Shown here piece after piece: positions 51,925 to 64,000 of a stretch of DNA of 64,000 bases. Origin of the DNA: Torpedo marmorata (lineage: Eukaryota). Every line of letters starts with the position of its first letter. Position 1 is the stretch's first letter. The notes beneath the pieces were generated by a model. It did no database searches, was not told where the DNA came from, and worked only from the letters and a program-made list of their open reading frames with translations. Both the position numbers and the translations under genes were made by a program. The DNA is taken from NCBI GenBank assembly GCA_977017645.1, contig OZ360219.1, positions 111,476,001 through 111,540,000 of the forward strand, given 5' to 3'.

Positions 51925-52332
51925 CAGGTTGTACCTCTCTTATCCGGCGCTCTGTTGTCCGGCAACTCCCATGGTCCGGCACGTTTGAATCTGCCGCCGT
52001 TAGTACAAACTCCTTACAGACAGCGCAGGACTCGAACCCCGGTCCTGATCGCTGGCAATGTAAAGGTTGAATCTGCTGCCGTTAGTACAAACTCCTTACA
52101 GACAGCGTGGGACTCGAACCCCGGACCCGATCGCTGGCGCTGTAAAGGCGTTGCGCTAACCACTACGCTAACCGTGCCGCCCTACAGTATTATTTCCTAT
52201 TTTAAGCTTTGTTCTACCTTGATATGTTTACATAGAGGGTTCCCTTAGGGGTCAATTTCTGTTTTCTGGCATTTTCTGTGGTCCAGCAATGGCCAGGTCC
52301 AAACGTCGCTGGATTAAAAGAGGTACAACCTG
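51925..52332. mobile_element. Tigger-like MITE containing a minus-strand tRNA SINE head with an internal tandem duplication
   Basis: TIR caggttgtacctct / agaggtacaacctg with TA TSD. SINE segment ~51984-52182 with an ~83-bp unit present twice. Confidence 0.85.
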
Positions 52333-52549
52333 TACTCCTCAGCTCTTTCCACATGGTCCGGTAAATCCTTCCATTTCAGGTATGTCCCAAATTCACTTAA
52401 AAGTTACCACTGATCATTCTTTCACCACCAACTTAGGCATCTATTCCAGATCATGACAACTCACTTTGTGATATAATTTCTCTTCAACTTCCTCTTTAGT
52501 CCCTGTGCAAGTTATCTGAAACCCTCTGGCCTCTGCTGTGAAGACTTAT

Positions 52550-52850
52550 CTTGAAGAAGGGCTCAGGCCTGAAACGTTGGTTATATATCTTTACCTTCTG
52601 TGGATCCTGTGAGACCAGCTGAGTTTCTCCAGCAATTTAAATCACGAAAATCTGTCGACACCGTGGTTGAAGTAAAAACACAAAATGCTGGAGAAACTCA
52701 GCAGGTCAAACAGTGTCTTTTATGTAGCAAAGGTAGAAATACATAACCGATGTTTCGGGCTTGAGCCCTTCATCAAAGTATGAGAAAATGCCGGCAGGCG
52801 TCCGAACAAAAAAAAAGGCTCTCCAGCAATTTTGTGTTTTTATTTTGAAA
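52550..52850. mobile_element. Penelope-type terminus (+) with an inverted younger copy (52639-52819) inserted
   Basis: 13-bp duplication tctccagcaattt (52626-52638, 52820-52832); both copies carry TGAnGA-A-GGGC-loop-GCCY-GAAAC. Confidence 0.75.
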
Positions 52851-53964
52851 ATAATCATAATTAATTTTTTATTTGTTATTTTTAATCTATAGATCAATTA
52901 CTTTTATAACATTATTTTTCTTTGCGCAACTTCCCTCTCAGTATTAGTGAGTCATCTAATTTCATTTTGATTGCTTCCCATTTGATATTTTATTCTGTGC
53001 TTTAAGCCACAATATAGTTAATTTTTGGTGTCACATTTTGTTGGCTTTTTGATGGGCTTGTGAGAAGAAGAACGATACTGATTGCAGACCCTTTGTTCGA
53101 AACATAAAGAACCATAAAAGACAACAACAACAATTGTCAGAGACTTCAGAGGAGGCCAAGAGTAAATTGGAGTAGGTTTTTCATAGGAAATCATTATCCA
53201 GACTCACCACCCTTCTTCTTCCACAGTGATCATCGGCATTCGGTCAGGCAGCTTGAAGTGAGTTTGCCGTATTTAGTGGGGAAGGGTGAGACCCTACCTT
53301 CAAGGAGTATGGCTCCAATCATCAGCGATCATTGTTTGCCTTCTGACCTTCATATAAAGACTGGTCTTTGACTCCTTAGTTTGAACTCATTTGACACTGG
53401 TTCATGGTTAATGATTAATGGGAGCCGGCCATTTTTAGGGAAGTTTTGTTAAGACACCAATTTATCACTAATGCGTTTAAATGGGTTCTGATAGATGTGG
53501 TCTAATGAGGCAGGGAAATGGGAATTTCTAATTCCATGAGAACTTAATGGACAACAGCCAGAATACAATTTTCTTTCAGCCAGTTTCTAATAGAAAGGCT
53601 GGATGAAAGGCCATGACAGTGTTGATAGAGGGAGAGGCCAATGGTTAGATCAGGGTGGAGAGGTTTGGGAACACCCTGCCTGTTTTCAAAAGGCTAAAGA
53701 AGAAAGCACATGAAGTAAAGGCTTCTGCCATTTGAGATTCAGTTTGGGAAAGCCTGGAACACTCAGTGAGGAAAGTTTCAGCTTCAGTACACACAGAGAA
53801 AGTTAGCAAAAGGAGAACAATAATGATACTTAGTAAAGTCAGGGCTGTCTCAAAGGGAGTAACCATTCATTGTAAAAATTACACATTTAATAGCTTAATA
53901 AAATGGAAGAGAATCAAAAGTAAGTCAACAGTTAAACATGTGGTAGAACAGCAACCAATTGAAC

Positions 53965-54290
53965 TAGTATCCAGAAATCTTAACTATTGATCTTCAGACA
54001 GGTGTTTGAACCCCACAATGGCAGTTGAAGAAGTAATTAAATATATCAAGAATAAAATGCTTGTAACAGTATTGTGATAATGAAACTCCTGCATTGTCAT
54101 GGGAAAAAAAACATTTTGTTCACTAATGTCATACAGGGAAGGAAATCTGTTGTCCTTGACAATTTAGCCTGCAGGCCCACCTATGTGGTTGACACTTAAC
54201 TGTCTCTTCAGTTCAATTAAGATGTCCAGTAAACACCGGTCTTGCCAGCAATGTGCACAGCATGAGAGCAAATAAATTTAAAATGTGGTT
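53965..54290 (+). mobile_element. Old SINE-like repeat
   Basis: gtttgaaccccacaatggcag B-box-like head; ttcactaatgtc...agggaaggaaatctg body. A related piece lies at 13560-13730. Confidence 0.45.
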
Positions 54291-55177
54291 GATTAGTTGT
54301 AATTTATTAAGAAGAATGATTACTCAATTTCACCCCAATGCATTTGGGCTTTGTCAACGACATTTTCAGAAGGACAAAGTCTTCGTTTACACCCCATCGA
54401 CTTTCATATATGACCTTACCTCATGCTATGTATGAACAATCCTGAGTCAGCTACACACCTAATCCAATACAACAGAAGCAGCAAAAAGATCTATCCAGAT
54501 CAGCCTCCAGTTTGCGTGTTTCAACCTTTAACAAATGAAAATTTCCAGTGTAATGATGCAAAGGTTGAACTTCACATTCACCTACAATTTCAGTTAATGA
54601 GCTGCACTAATATAGTACAGTTACCTTTCTAAGTAATCTAAGCTTCCACCACTGATGTAGAAGTTTATATCACACTTTAATTATTCTGAGGAATTTGAGA
54701 TTGTAACCTTAATATTGCCTTTTTGAATGTGTTTAACTGTGTTCCTAATCAAATACTCTTTAATTTTCCAATTCCATACTCCTTGAGGGCAGTGGTTTTC
54801 ACTGTGGGATTTGCAACACTTGGGTGGGTTGCAGGATGTTTAATAAAGAAGCGTCACCAAAACAGATTAGGCGAGGGTTATCAGTGTGGGGCCACAAAGA
54901 GTGTAGATAGTAGGGAAAGTATCTGGGGAGCTCGTGGGGAACACTGGAAAGAGGAGGTCCAGGATGTTAGAAGGAATGTGGGTTTGAAGATTGGATGTCT
55001 TGCCTTTACTCTGGTTACTCTGAATCTGCCCAGCAGTGAAATATACATGAAATATCATTTACTTCTGACTCTGCCTTTTGGGTTTCATTAAAGTGGTTTG
55101 ATTGCACCTACAATAATTAGTTTTGGTGTTTGCATTCCTGAGGTTGCATGGTGAACTATTTGGTTTTAATTTAATTT

Positions 55178-55393
55178 AATTTAGAGATACAGCATGGTAA
55201 CATGCCCTTCTGGCCCAGGAGCCCACGCTGCCCAAATACACCCGTGTGACCAATTAACCTACTAACCCCGTACGTTTTTGGAGAGTGGGAGGAAACCGGA
55301 GCACACACAGACACACACAGACAGCGGCAGATTCGAACTCAGGTTGCTGGCGCTGTAATAGCGTTGGGGTAATCTCTATGCTAACTGTGTCAC
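55178..55393 (-). mobile_element. tRNA-derived SINE with (tttaa)n tail
   Basis: Homologous to 46598 and 55782; B-box gttcgaatc on the minus strand. Confidence 0.8.
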
Positions 55394-55529
55394 CAGTGGT
55401 TTAAGTGGATCACCTGAAAAAAAAGTTTGAAAACTGCTGCCTCAGTGGATTATGTCTCTGACACATCCTCTCTCTTCAAATTCTGAAATTTTCCTCGGCC
55501 AATTAAATGACTCAACCTGTATCGGTCAT

Positions 55530-56278
55530 TGAATGGGACAGAAGAAGCTTTTAATTGCAAACCAAAGAAGCATTATCAGTATGGCATATTCACCAGCGAA
55601 GCTGGACACCTTGGAAAGATTACTGTCTAAAATCACTTTGGATGAGAGGTGACTTAATATAAGTATACAGTATATGATTATGAGGGGCATAGATAGGGTG
55701 CATTGCCAGCACCTTTTTCCTGGGGTAACAATAGCAAATACCAGAGAACATCTGTTTACAGCGAGTGGAGGAAATTTTTTTTTTAGACATACAGCATGGT
55801 AACAGGCCATTTCGGCCCACGAGTCCGTGCCACCCAATTTACACCCAATTAACCTACATCCCCTGTACGTTTTGAACGGTGGGAGGAAACCGGAGCCCCC
55901 AGGGAAAACCCACGCAGACACGGAGAGAACGTACAAACTCCTTACAGACAGCGCAGGATTTGGACCCTGGTCCCGATCGCTGGCACTGGAAAGGCGTTGA
56001 GCTAACCGCTACGCCAACCGTGCCACCCAAATTTAGAGGAGATGTCAGAGGTATGTTTTTACACAGAGAGTAGTGGGTGCATGGAATGTGCTGCCAGCAA
56101 TGGTGGTGGAGGCAGGTAGAATAGGATCTTTTAAGAGAATATTAGATAGGTACACGGAACTGAGAAAAATGGAGGGTTATGCAGCAGGGAAATTCTAGGC
56201 TAGATCTAGAGTAGGTTATTAGGTCGGCACAACACTTTGGGCTGAAAGCCCTGTACTGTGCTGTAGATTTCTATGTTC
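55530..56278 (+). mobile_element. CR1 3' fragment with a young SINE inserted at 55782-56027 (minus strand)
   Basis: CR1: atgagaggtgacttaat...tttagaggagatgtcagagg...tggaatgtgctgcc. The SINE is flanked by aaattt repeats. Confidence 0.8.
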
Positions 56279-56424
56279 ATCAACAGGAAGGATGGAGGGG
56301 AGTCCCAACAGTGAACAATAATCCTGACAAGCCTGTGAAAATGGAGATTTTCCCAATTTTAATGTCAGGGCCACTCCTGATAGGACTCTACAGACACCCA
56401 CGGACTAAATGGAATGTATACTCA

Positions 56425-56826
56425 AAGTTCAAAGTTGAGATTTATTGTCAGAGTACATACATGACATCATATACAACCCTGAGATTCTTTTACCTGCGGG
56501 CCAGGCAGAATTTCTATTTATCGGCAAAAAAAAACTGTACTCAAGAAAAGATATGTATACAAAAAGAGAAAAGTAAACAAAGAAAGAAGCACAAACAAAC
56601 TGTGCAATGCAGAAAATAAATATTAAATACTAAATAACGTGCAAAGTAAGAGTCCTTAAATGAGTCTCTGATTGAGTTTGTTGTTTAGGAGTCTGATGGT
56701 GGAGAGGTAGCAACTGTTCCTGAATCTGGTGGTACAAGTCTTGTGGCACCTCTACCTCTTTCCTGATGGCAGTAGCGAGAACAGAGTGTGTGCTGGGTGG
56801 TGTGGATCCTTGATGATGGCTGCTCA
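56425..56826 (-). mobile_element. Rex1/Babar-type LINE 3' end
   Basis: Closely similar to 29215-29597 (atttattgtcagagtacatac...ggtgtggatccttgatga). Confidence 0.85.
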
Positions 56827-58180
56827 ATTCTTGGAAGTATATGGTAGGGGGCTTTGTGGAGGAGATGGGGGTTCCAGCTAGATCAGTGGGCATGAATAGA
56901 GGTGCTCAAAGCACTTCAAGTGATTTCTAATCTACCATGCCTCAAACTGCTGGACCATTAATTACATCAAGCACCATTAAACCAGACACTATTTGGCAGA
57001 TAATTCTGTGCCATTATTTATACCCCCAGTTTCTGCTAAAACAACTTGAAAAGAATCCTAAAGCAAATCAATTGGTGATTAAAAGAAATAGCATGAAATT
57101 GACTGCATCCAATTAATTTGGTGTAAATCACAGTGATGCCAGTGTGTGAGCATGCAGCAAAGATTTCATCTTCGGTTTTTAAGACGACAAGTTATTGACT
57201 ACCGGTACCTATTTTATTTGTAAGTCATTAATATATCATGGTCCTATTTCTTGCAGTCAGTGATGTACAAGTGGCGCTCACTCTTCATTATGAGGGCCAA
57301 TTAGGGTAATTAAGAGTCCAATATCTCACAGGGCCTTTCAGAGGAACAGAAAAGGCAACAGTTACACCTCTTTGGCCGTTTCTAAAGAATCCTTATGGAG
57401 GCATTCTAAATATAGACTAGAAGGCAGAGGTTAGATTATTCATTTATTGGGGGTTAATCCACTTAAAGCCAAACACAGAGGGAATGAACAATTAAGAAGG
57501 ATAAAAGAAAAGTTAAAAGTCAATCAATTTATTTTGGATAGATGGAGCATTAATAAAATTTGAAATCCTAGATTGTGGAAGTTGACTTTCACTTTCAAGG
57601 TAGTTATTTATTGGTAAACAAGACATATCCATTACACTTAGGTTGACAAACACTGTCTCTTTATAACGTGTTAACATGGAATGTAAATTCCACATGTCAT
57701 ATGTTTGAATGTTGAGTGCCTGACCAGTGTATTGAAGCTTGTGGAGGGCTACAGTATATTGTAAATACTGTGAATATTTATTATTTACTTTCTTTTCTCT
57801 TCCTTTTTATTTATTATATTTTTTTCTCTTGTTCTATCTTATACATGGTGTGTTTTAAGTAACTTGGAAGTTGAATCAAGTAAGACTCACATTGCATCTG
57901 TACATTATACTAATGTGTTTGACAATCAACTCTCATTGACTCAGATTGACAGCTCCCTGATTGCCACTTCAATTGAAAGATCAAATTTGCAGGAAGCTGC
58001 TGGTTGATTCACATCTTATCCATGGCAAGTTAAAACTGCTGAATCAAATCTAATTCTTTCATCTAAACAAAATGATTTTTAAGTTTAAATTTCATCAACA
58101 ACACCAAAATATTTTGTCACAGATCTAACATTGCAAAATGACCCTTGGTACTCCAAAGAGAAATTTAATTTTGACACTTA

Positions 58181-58412
58181 AAGGTAAAGGTTCCATTATT
58201 GTCACGTAATACTACATTTAGAATGAAACATATATGAAATTCTTTAATTTCTGTCTACCGTATGGGAGACAGAGGGTCGCTATTTTGTCCAGCACCCCTC
58301 AGAGAAACCTACAGCACCTGGTCTTCCTTGGCGGTCTCCCCTCCAAATACTGACCAGTTCTGTGCCTGCTTAGCTTCTGAGATCAGACAATCCCAGTCGT
58401 ATTCAGGCTATT
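58181..58412 (-). mobile_element. 5S rRNA-derived SINE (SINE3-type)
   Basis: The reverse complement of 58305-58410 (cctgaa...gtctgatctcagaagctaagcagg...gggagaccgcc...ggtgctgtagg) follows vertebrate 5S rRNA, then ends in a LINE-type tail gtgacaataatggaacc. Confidence 0.85.
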
Positions 58413-58664
58413 GGTGCTGTTTTTAAGGCCTTTATTAGGGCATATGACCTGGATCTCCATCAAAGGTGTATGTTTTTAGGATCATTTTAAGGAAAAGAGC
58501 GTTGGAGAGTTTTGGCCTTCCTGAGAGTGAACCCGAGGAAATGACTGGCCCAGTAGAGACACTTGATGTGTCCTGTGACCCTGCGCCGATCACAAGGTGA
58601 GAGTAGTCAATAGGGATCTTCAACTTTTCCCCTGCTGCAGCTTCTTGAGGTTAGTTCTAAAGAA

Positions 58665-59750
58665 AACACAGTAACGGCCCTAAATGACTCCCACGAAGTG
58701 GTTCTAACAGCCACCATCATGAAGTGCTTTGAGAGAGTCATCATATCTCATATTAATTTCAGCCTCTCAGACAGCCTTGACCCACTTGAATTTGTCTTCT
58801 GTCATAACAGACCTTGGCCTCAGTAACCCTGACAACTGGTTGCACAACTTCCTGTCCTGCTGACCACAATCAGTAAGGATCGGTAATAGCACCTCCTCCA
58901 TGATCATCCTTAAGACCAGTGGCCCAAAGGATGCATATTCAGCACTCTACTATACTCCCTGTGTGCCCATGACTGTGCTCCAACTCCATCTGTAAATCTA
59001 CATTTGATACCACCGTCGTAAGCCAGATCTTAAATGACGACGAGTCGGAGTACAGAAGGGAGATAGAGGTACTGGTGGCTTGGTGCAGGGTAACAACCTC
59101 TCCCTCAGTGTCAGCTAGATTAAGGATCTGGTCATAGACTTCAAGAAGAGGGGTGGAGCTCAGTCCCCAGTCTGCATCAACGGCGCTGAGGTACAGATGG
59201 TAGGCAGCTTTAAATTCCTCAGGAGTAAACATCTCAAATGAAGTGTCTTGGTCCAACCATGTCAATGTGACGGCCAAGAAAGTGCAACAGTGCTTAACCT
59301 TCTGAGAAGCCTGAAGAAATTCAGCATGTCACCAGAAACTCTCAACAACTTCTACAGGTGCACCATTGAAAGTCTCCTATCAGGGTGCATCACTGTGTGG
59401 TATGGGAACTGCTCCACCCAAAACCACAAGAAACTCGTGTGAGCACAACTCAAACCATTACACAAACCCCCCCTCCCCTCCATCAGCTCCATCTATACTT
59501 CCCTCGGAAAAGCAGCCAACATACGAAAAAACACATCCCACCTCGGCCATCTCTCTCTTCACCCCCTCCTGTCGGGAAGAAGTGCCATGAGTGTGAGATC
59601 ACGCACCACCAGATTCAAGATTCAAGGATAGTTCTTTCCCACTGTTATGATCTCCTGATGATTTTTCTCTGCTCTAACTGATCTCCCTCTGTAGCTCTGC
59701 ACTCTGTAATGTGTTTTAACTACCGTACTATGTGTGGGTTGACTAGCTAG
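58665..59750 (+). mobile_element. Decayed Rex1/Babar-type LINE RT region with internal deletions
   Basis: LND...VLTATIMKCFER; LVIDFKK; FKFLRSKHL; LNNFYRCTIESLLSGCITVWYG. Confidence 0.8.
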
Positions 59751-59758
59751 ACTTCTTG

Positions 59759-60630
59759 TGTTACAAATTCAAACCAGCAACGACAGAAGACACAATGCAA
59801 AAGGGGTAAAATTGAAATTTATATTTATTAAAGACAATTAAACATATGATTTCACAACAATTAACCCCACTATAAACGTCTATAAACACTATTCTTATCT
59901 AAAGAGTGTGTGTGTGTGCGTAAAGCCCAGACCATTACAGTCTGTGCCCAACCCTCATGTAAAAATGGAAACCTTCCCCAAAACCCCCAGGTCAGTCATA
60001 AAAATAAGTCAGTCCCAAAAAAATACTGTCCACAAAAATTCACTCTCAATGTCCAGGGTCCAAATTCAGCTCTGTGTGCTTGGACGAAGGACTTCTTAAT
60101 GAACGTTAGAGAGAGAGACAATAACTGTTTAAGCTTACAAATGCTTGGCCTGCTTTTCTTCTCTGATGACTTTCCCTTTTGGTAGATTCACGAGGATTGC
60201 GACTCCAAATCAGTATACCACTGATTGAGGCGTGTACTTGGATCTCACAGTCGGTCTCGCTGATCTCACGCCTGTTCTCCACGAAAGTTGATTTAAATCA
60301 GGATTTTGCTGATACAGGAGGCTATGTGCTATTCTCCCAGCATTTTCCCCTGGGATGTACAAGCCTGGATTTTGCTGTGTTCTCCAGCCTTTGCAACTCC
60401 AAACAACCATTGAATCTGAATACTTTTTGCAGAGGTTTGCACCTGCTTTTGCAAAAGTGCAACAAAGTATCTTTTCCACAGCCTGTCTCTCCCTGGTCTC
60501 TCTCTCTCTGGGTACACCAAGTCCTGAGCAAGTTAACTCTTTCAGTACTTGGTCCCAGTGTATACTCCAAAAGACTTCATCCTTCCTGCTGACCGTCCGC
60601 AGTCCAAATGGTCAGTCATGGTCCATAATA
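59759..60630 (-). repeat. 3' LTR of the Gypsy element
   Basis: On the minus strand it ends ...tgtaaca at 59759 and starts tattat (decayed TG) after the polypurine tract gggtgggagg (60631-60640); AATAAA at 59824-59829. The 5' LTR is outside the window. Confidence 0.65.
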
Positions 60631-60745
60631 CCTCCCACCCACAAAGAAAATTTTGGTCTGCAAGAACAAAATTTTGGAAATTGAGGTGTTACAATATAAA
60701 CAAAACCCACAATGTTCATCCACAAACACAAAATATGAACTATTT

Positions 60746-61436
60746 TCAGTTATAAAGTTTAGCATCAAGAAAGACAATCACATTATCTTTCCCTTTTATA
60801 TGTTTTATTATCAAATCATATTGTTGCAAAATTAGACTCCAATTCAACAACCGTCGATTCTTATTTTTCATTTTACAAAGAAAAACTAATGGATTATGGT
60901 CAGTATACACTATGAGTGGTTTTTGAGCTGTACAGATATAAACATCAAAGTGTTGTAGAGCCAACACAAGAGCTAACAACTATTTTCCTATGGTTGAATA
61001 ATTCCTTTGATGATCATTGAGCTTCTTCGAGAAGTTGGATACTGGATGGTCAATGTCCTCTTTGTTCTGCCTCTGTAACAGCACCACACCCACAGCTTCT
61101 TCGCTGGCATCCACGGCTAAAGAAAATGGCTTTTCTAAATCAGGTGACTTAAGCACAGGTTGGTGGCATAACATGGCTTTCAATTTGACAAATGCTTCCT
61201 GACAACCTGTCGACCATACAAATTTTTCTCCCTTTCGAAGCAAATTTGTGAGAGGGAGCGCAAGATCTGTAAAGTTTTTACAGAACTTGCGGTAGTAGCC
61301 AATCTTTCCCAAGAACCTCCTCAGAGTTTTCTTACCAGTTGGAACAGGGAACTCGGAAATAGTCACAACCTTTACCTCTACTGGCACCAACTACCCCTGT
61401 CCTACTACATAACCCAGAGAATTAACAGTCCCATGA
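60746..61436 (-). pseudogene. Gypsy pol RT C-terminus/connection and RNase H, disrupted
   Basis: LRRFLGKIGYYRKFCKNF...LAVDAS...VGVVLLQ...SKKLN..QRNYS...VYTDHNPL...HIKGKDN, with a stop and a frameshift. Confidence 0.9.
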
Positions 61437-61631
61437 CCCTCTCTGAAACTGGCTTTATCTGTCTCCTCCTTACCCCGATCAATAACCAGCACCTCTGGTA
61501 AATGTTCAGTCTCTTTGTGCGACACCCGTTCAAAATATGGCTTAATCATATTCACATGACAGACCTGTGTGTCTCATCTGCAATTAGGTGTTTCTATGAC
61601 ATAGTTGACATCATTAATTTTTGACTTAACT

Positions 61632-62570
61632 CTATAGGGTCCTGAAAATATAGCCATGAGGATTTGAATGAATGGGAAACAGAACTAATACGTTCTCACC
61701 AGGTTTCAAAGTTCTCATCTTAGCCTTTCGATCATACCAAACCTTCATTCTCTGTTGAGTGGCCTTTAAATTCTCCTTTGCCATCTCACAAGCCCAATGC
61801 AACCGATCCTTAAATTTGGAAACATAATCTAACAGATTTAAATGCACATCACTATTACTCCACTGTTCTTTTAATAATCTTAAAGGACCTCTCACCTCAT
61901 GTCCGAATACTAACTCAAATGGACTAAAACCAAGTGATTCTTGGACAGACTCCCTCGCTGAAAATAACAACAAATGAACCCCCTCATCCCAATCCTTTTC
62001 CTTCTCACAACAATAGGTTCTAATCATGTTTTTCAAAGTCGAATGGAACCTCTCCAAGGCCCCTTGACTTTCTGGATGGTACGCAGAGGATACAATCTGT
62101 TTAACTCCCAGTCTATCAACCACTTGTTGGAAAATGCCTGACATGAAATTACTGCCCTGATCTGATTGAATTTCCCTTGGCAAACCTACCAAGGTGAAAA
62201 ACTTTAACATAGCCTTTACAATTGCTTTTGCTTTAATATTTCTCAGAGGAATGGCCTCTGGAAATCTGGTGGCTGCGCACATAATTGTTAACAAATACTC
62301 ATTCCCCACTTTGGTTTTGGGCAATGGGCCAACACAGTCCACAATCACTCTCGGGAAAGGCTCACTGAAAGCAGGGATAGGTTGCAAGGGTGCCACCGGG
62401 GGACCCTTATTAGGTTTACCCACCATCTGACAAGTGTGACAGGCCCGGCGAAAGCTTACAACCTCCCTTCTCAAACTGGGTCAATAAAATTGTTTCATTA
62501 TCTTCAGTATAGTTTTCTTCACCCCAAGGTGACCACCTAAGGGTGTGCTATGAGCCAAAGTTATTATTTC
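61632..62570 (-). pseudogene. Gypsy integrase (zinc-binding + DDE core), upstream of RT
   Basis: LAHSTPLGGHLG, CHTC, VIVDCVGPLP, IQSDQGSNF, YHPESQGALERFH. Confidence 0.92.
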
Positions 62571-62645
62571 ATCCCTATATACTTTAGGGATCACTACCTG
62601 CTGCACTACTGCCCATTCTTCACTGGCAAGAACATCACATGGTCT

Positions 62646-63425
62646 TCACTTTCTCATCAACCCCCCATCTTTTTCACAATAACCCACTGGCACCTTCTTA
62701 TTCTCCTCTTCAGAGAGAACCTTATCCCTCACCCCAGCAAGATCAGGATCGTCCTTTTGCCTTGCTATTAGCTCCTGTTGGGATAGTGACAAATCTGTGC
62801 CTTTAGGTGTCTTATTAGTGGATGGATGTAACACAGGAGATTGCTCAACCTTTTCCAGGTGTCTTTGATTATCACTGACGTTTTCTTTCACCAATTTATT
62901 TTCCACTGCCTTCTTTACAGTAGCATTTCTCTTAGACATGGCCCTGGTTATGGCACATGCTGGATAAATATCAGAGTCCTTCTCTGACTTATCAATGACT
63001 GGCTTAGTGGTCATTAGCACTGCAGGAACTACTTTACCCTCAGACAAGTCATTGCCTAGCAACAGTGAGACTCCTACTGGCAACTCTGATCTCACTCCTA
63101 TTATAACAGCTCCTTCCACCAAGGCTGAGTCCAACACTATTTTGTGCAAAGGAATGGACTCAACCTCACCCCCAATTCCTTTAATCAAATTCATTTCACC
63201 GGTGTCAGTACCTTCACAAAATTCCAAGACACGATCTAACACAAGTGACTGAGCAGCTCCAGTATCTCGCAAGATTTTCACTGGAACTTGCTTTGCTCCT
63301 GCCTTAACTGAAACAAAACCATCAGTCACAAAAGGTATAAATACATCCCTAACTTTGTCTGTAAATTTGTCTCCTTCCTGGGTGTTATGCCTCTTCTCAC
63401 TGAATACAAGCATTAGGTGTTGCAT
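62646..63425 (-). pseudogene. Gypsy aspartic protease region
   Basis: ILRDTGAAQSLV catalytic motif and LLLGNDL. Confidence 0.85.
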
Positions 63426-64000
63426 CCTTTTCTCGCTTCTTTTTCAACACTGGACAGCTTGCTTGCATATGACCAGCCTTCCTACAGTAGTGGCAAATGG
63501 GACCCGAAGGGTTTTCCCTTTTCCACTTCCCTTCTTCTCTTTCCTTAACAACACTTCCAAATTTACTTTCCACTTCCTTGGGATTATCCACAGTGACCTT
63601 TTGGAAAATTCTGCCTGACGTCCACTTAGGCTTGTGGGTTAAAGCATATTCATCTGCTAACTTCGCTGAATTTTGCCAAGTTTTCACCTCCTTTTCATCT
63701 AAGTATGCCTTAATATCCTCAGGAACACACCTTTTTATCTCCTCAATTATTATCAATTCTCTCAATTGATTGTAATCATTGTTTACCGCCTTAGATGTGC
63801 ACCACCGGTCAAAACACACAACCTTTTCATAGGCAAACTCTGTGTAAGATTGGGTTGCTGATCTTTTAAAATTTCTAAACTTCTGTCTATAAGCCTCTGG
63901 AACTAACTCATAAGCCTGGAGTATAGCCTTCTTCACCATTTCATAATCAGCAGCTTGCTCCGTGGTAAGAGTACAATAAGCTTGCTGAGCTTTTCCTTTA
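63397..64000 (-). pseudogene. Gypsy gag: SCAN-like capsid C-terminal domain and CCHC zinc knuckle
   Basis: PEAYRQKFR...FDRW...LRELIIIEE...AKLADEY; CHYCRKAGHMQASC. Continues beyond the window. Confidence 0.88.

Noticed and set aside
58305-58410. Functional 5S rRNA gene
   Set aside because: 5' end missing or diverged, many substitutions, fused to a retroposon tail, not in a tandem array.

Overview
Vertebrate genomic DNA, not prokaryotic; the repeat families suggest a cartilaginous fish (inference). The window holds the 3' half of neuregulin 1 (NRG1) on the + strand: EGF-alpha (8208-8275), EGF-beta (9094-9152, with beta3 read-through), 24-nt linker-1 microexon (18594-18617), TM exon (23709-23811), three cytoplasmic exons (25755-25881, 32971-33101, 38870-39073) and the terminal a-tail exon (39740-40379). 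A probably ~3.8 kb 3'UTR follows, interrupted by a 297-N gap. Introns and downstream DNA carry L1, CR1, Rex/Babar and Penelope-type fragments, tRNA-, Deu- and 5S-derived SINEs, hAT and Tc1/mariner MITEs, CA-rich, 21-bp and 90-bp tandem arrays, and a decayed Gmr1-type Gypsy element (PR-IN-RT-RH order, SCAN-like gag). Top leads: a TM-helix-deleted copy of the NRG1 TM exon with intact splice sites (31381-31424), dual-frame conservation of the beta exon, a candidate extra linker exon, hammerhead-like Penelope cores, and a 5S SINE sharing its tail with a non-coding retroposon. No multi-gene novel system was found. Mammalian comparisons are from recall, not run alignments.
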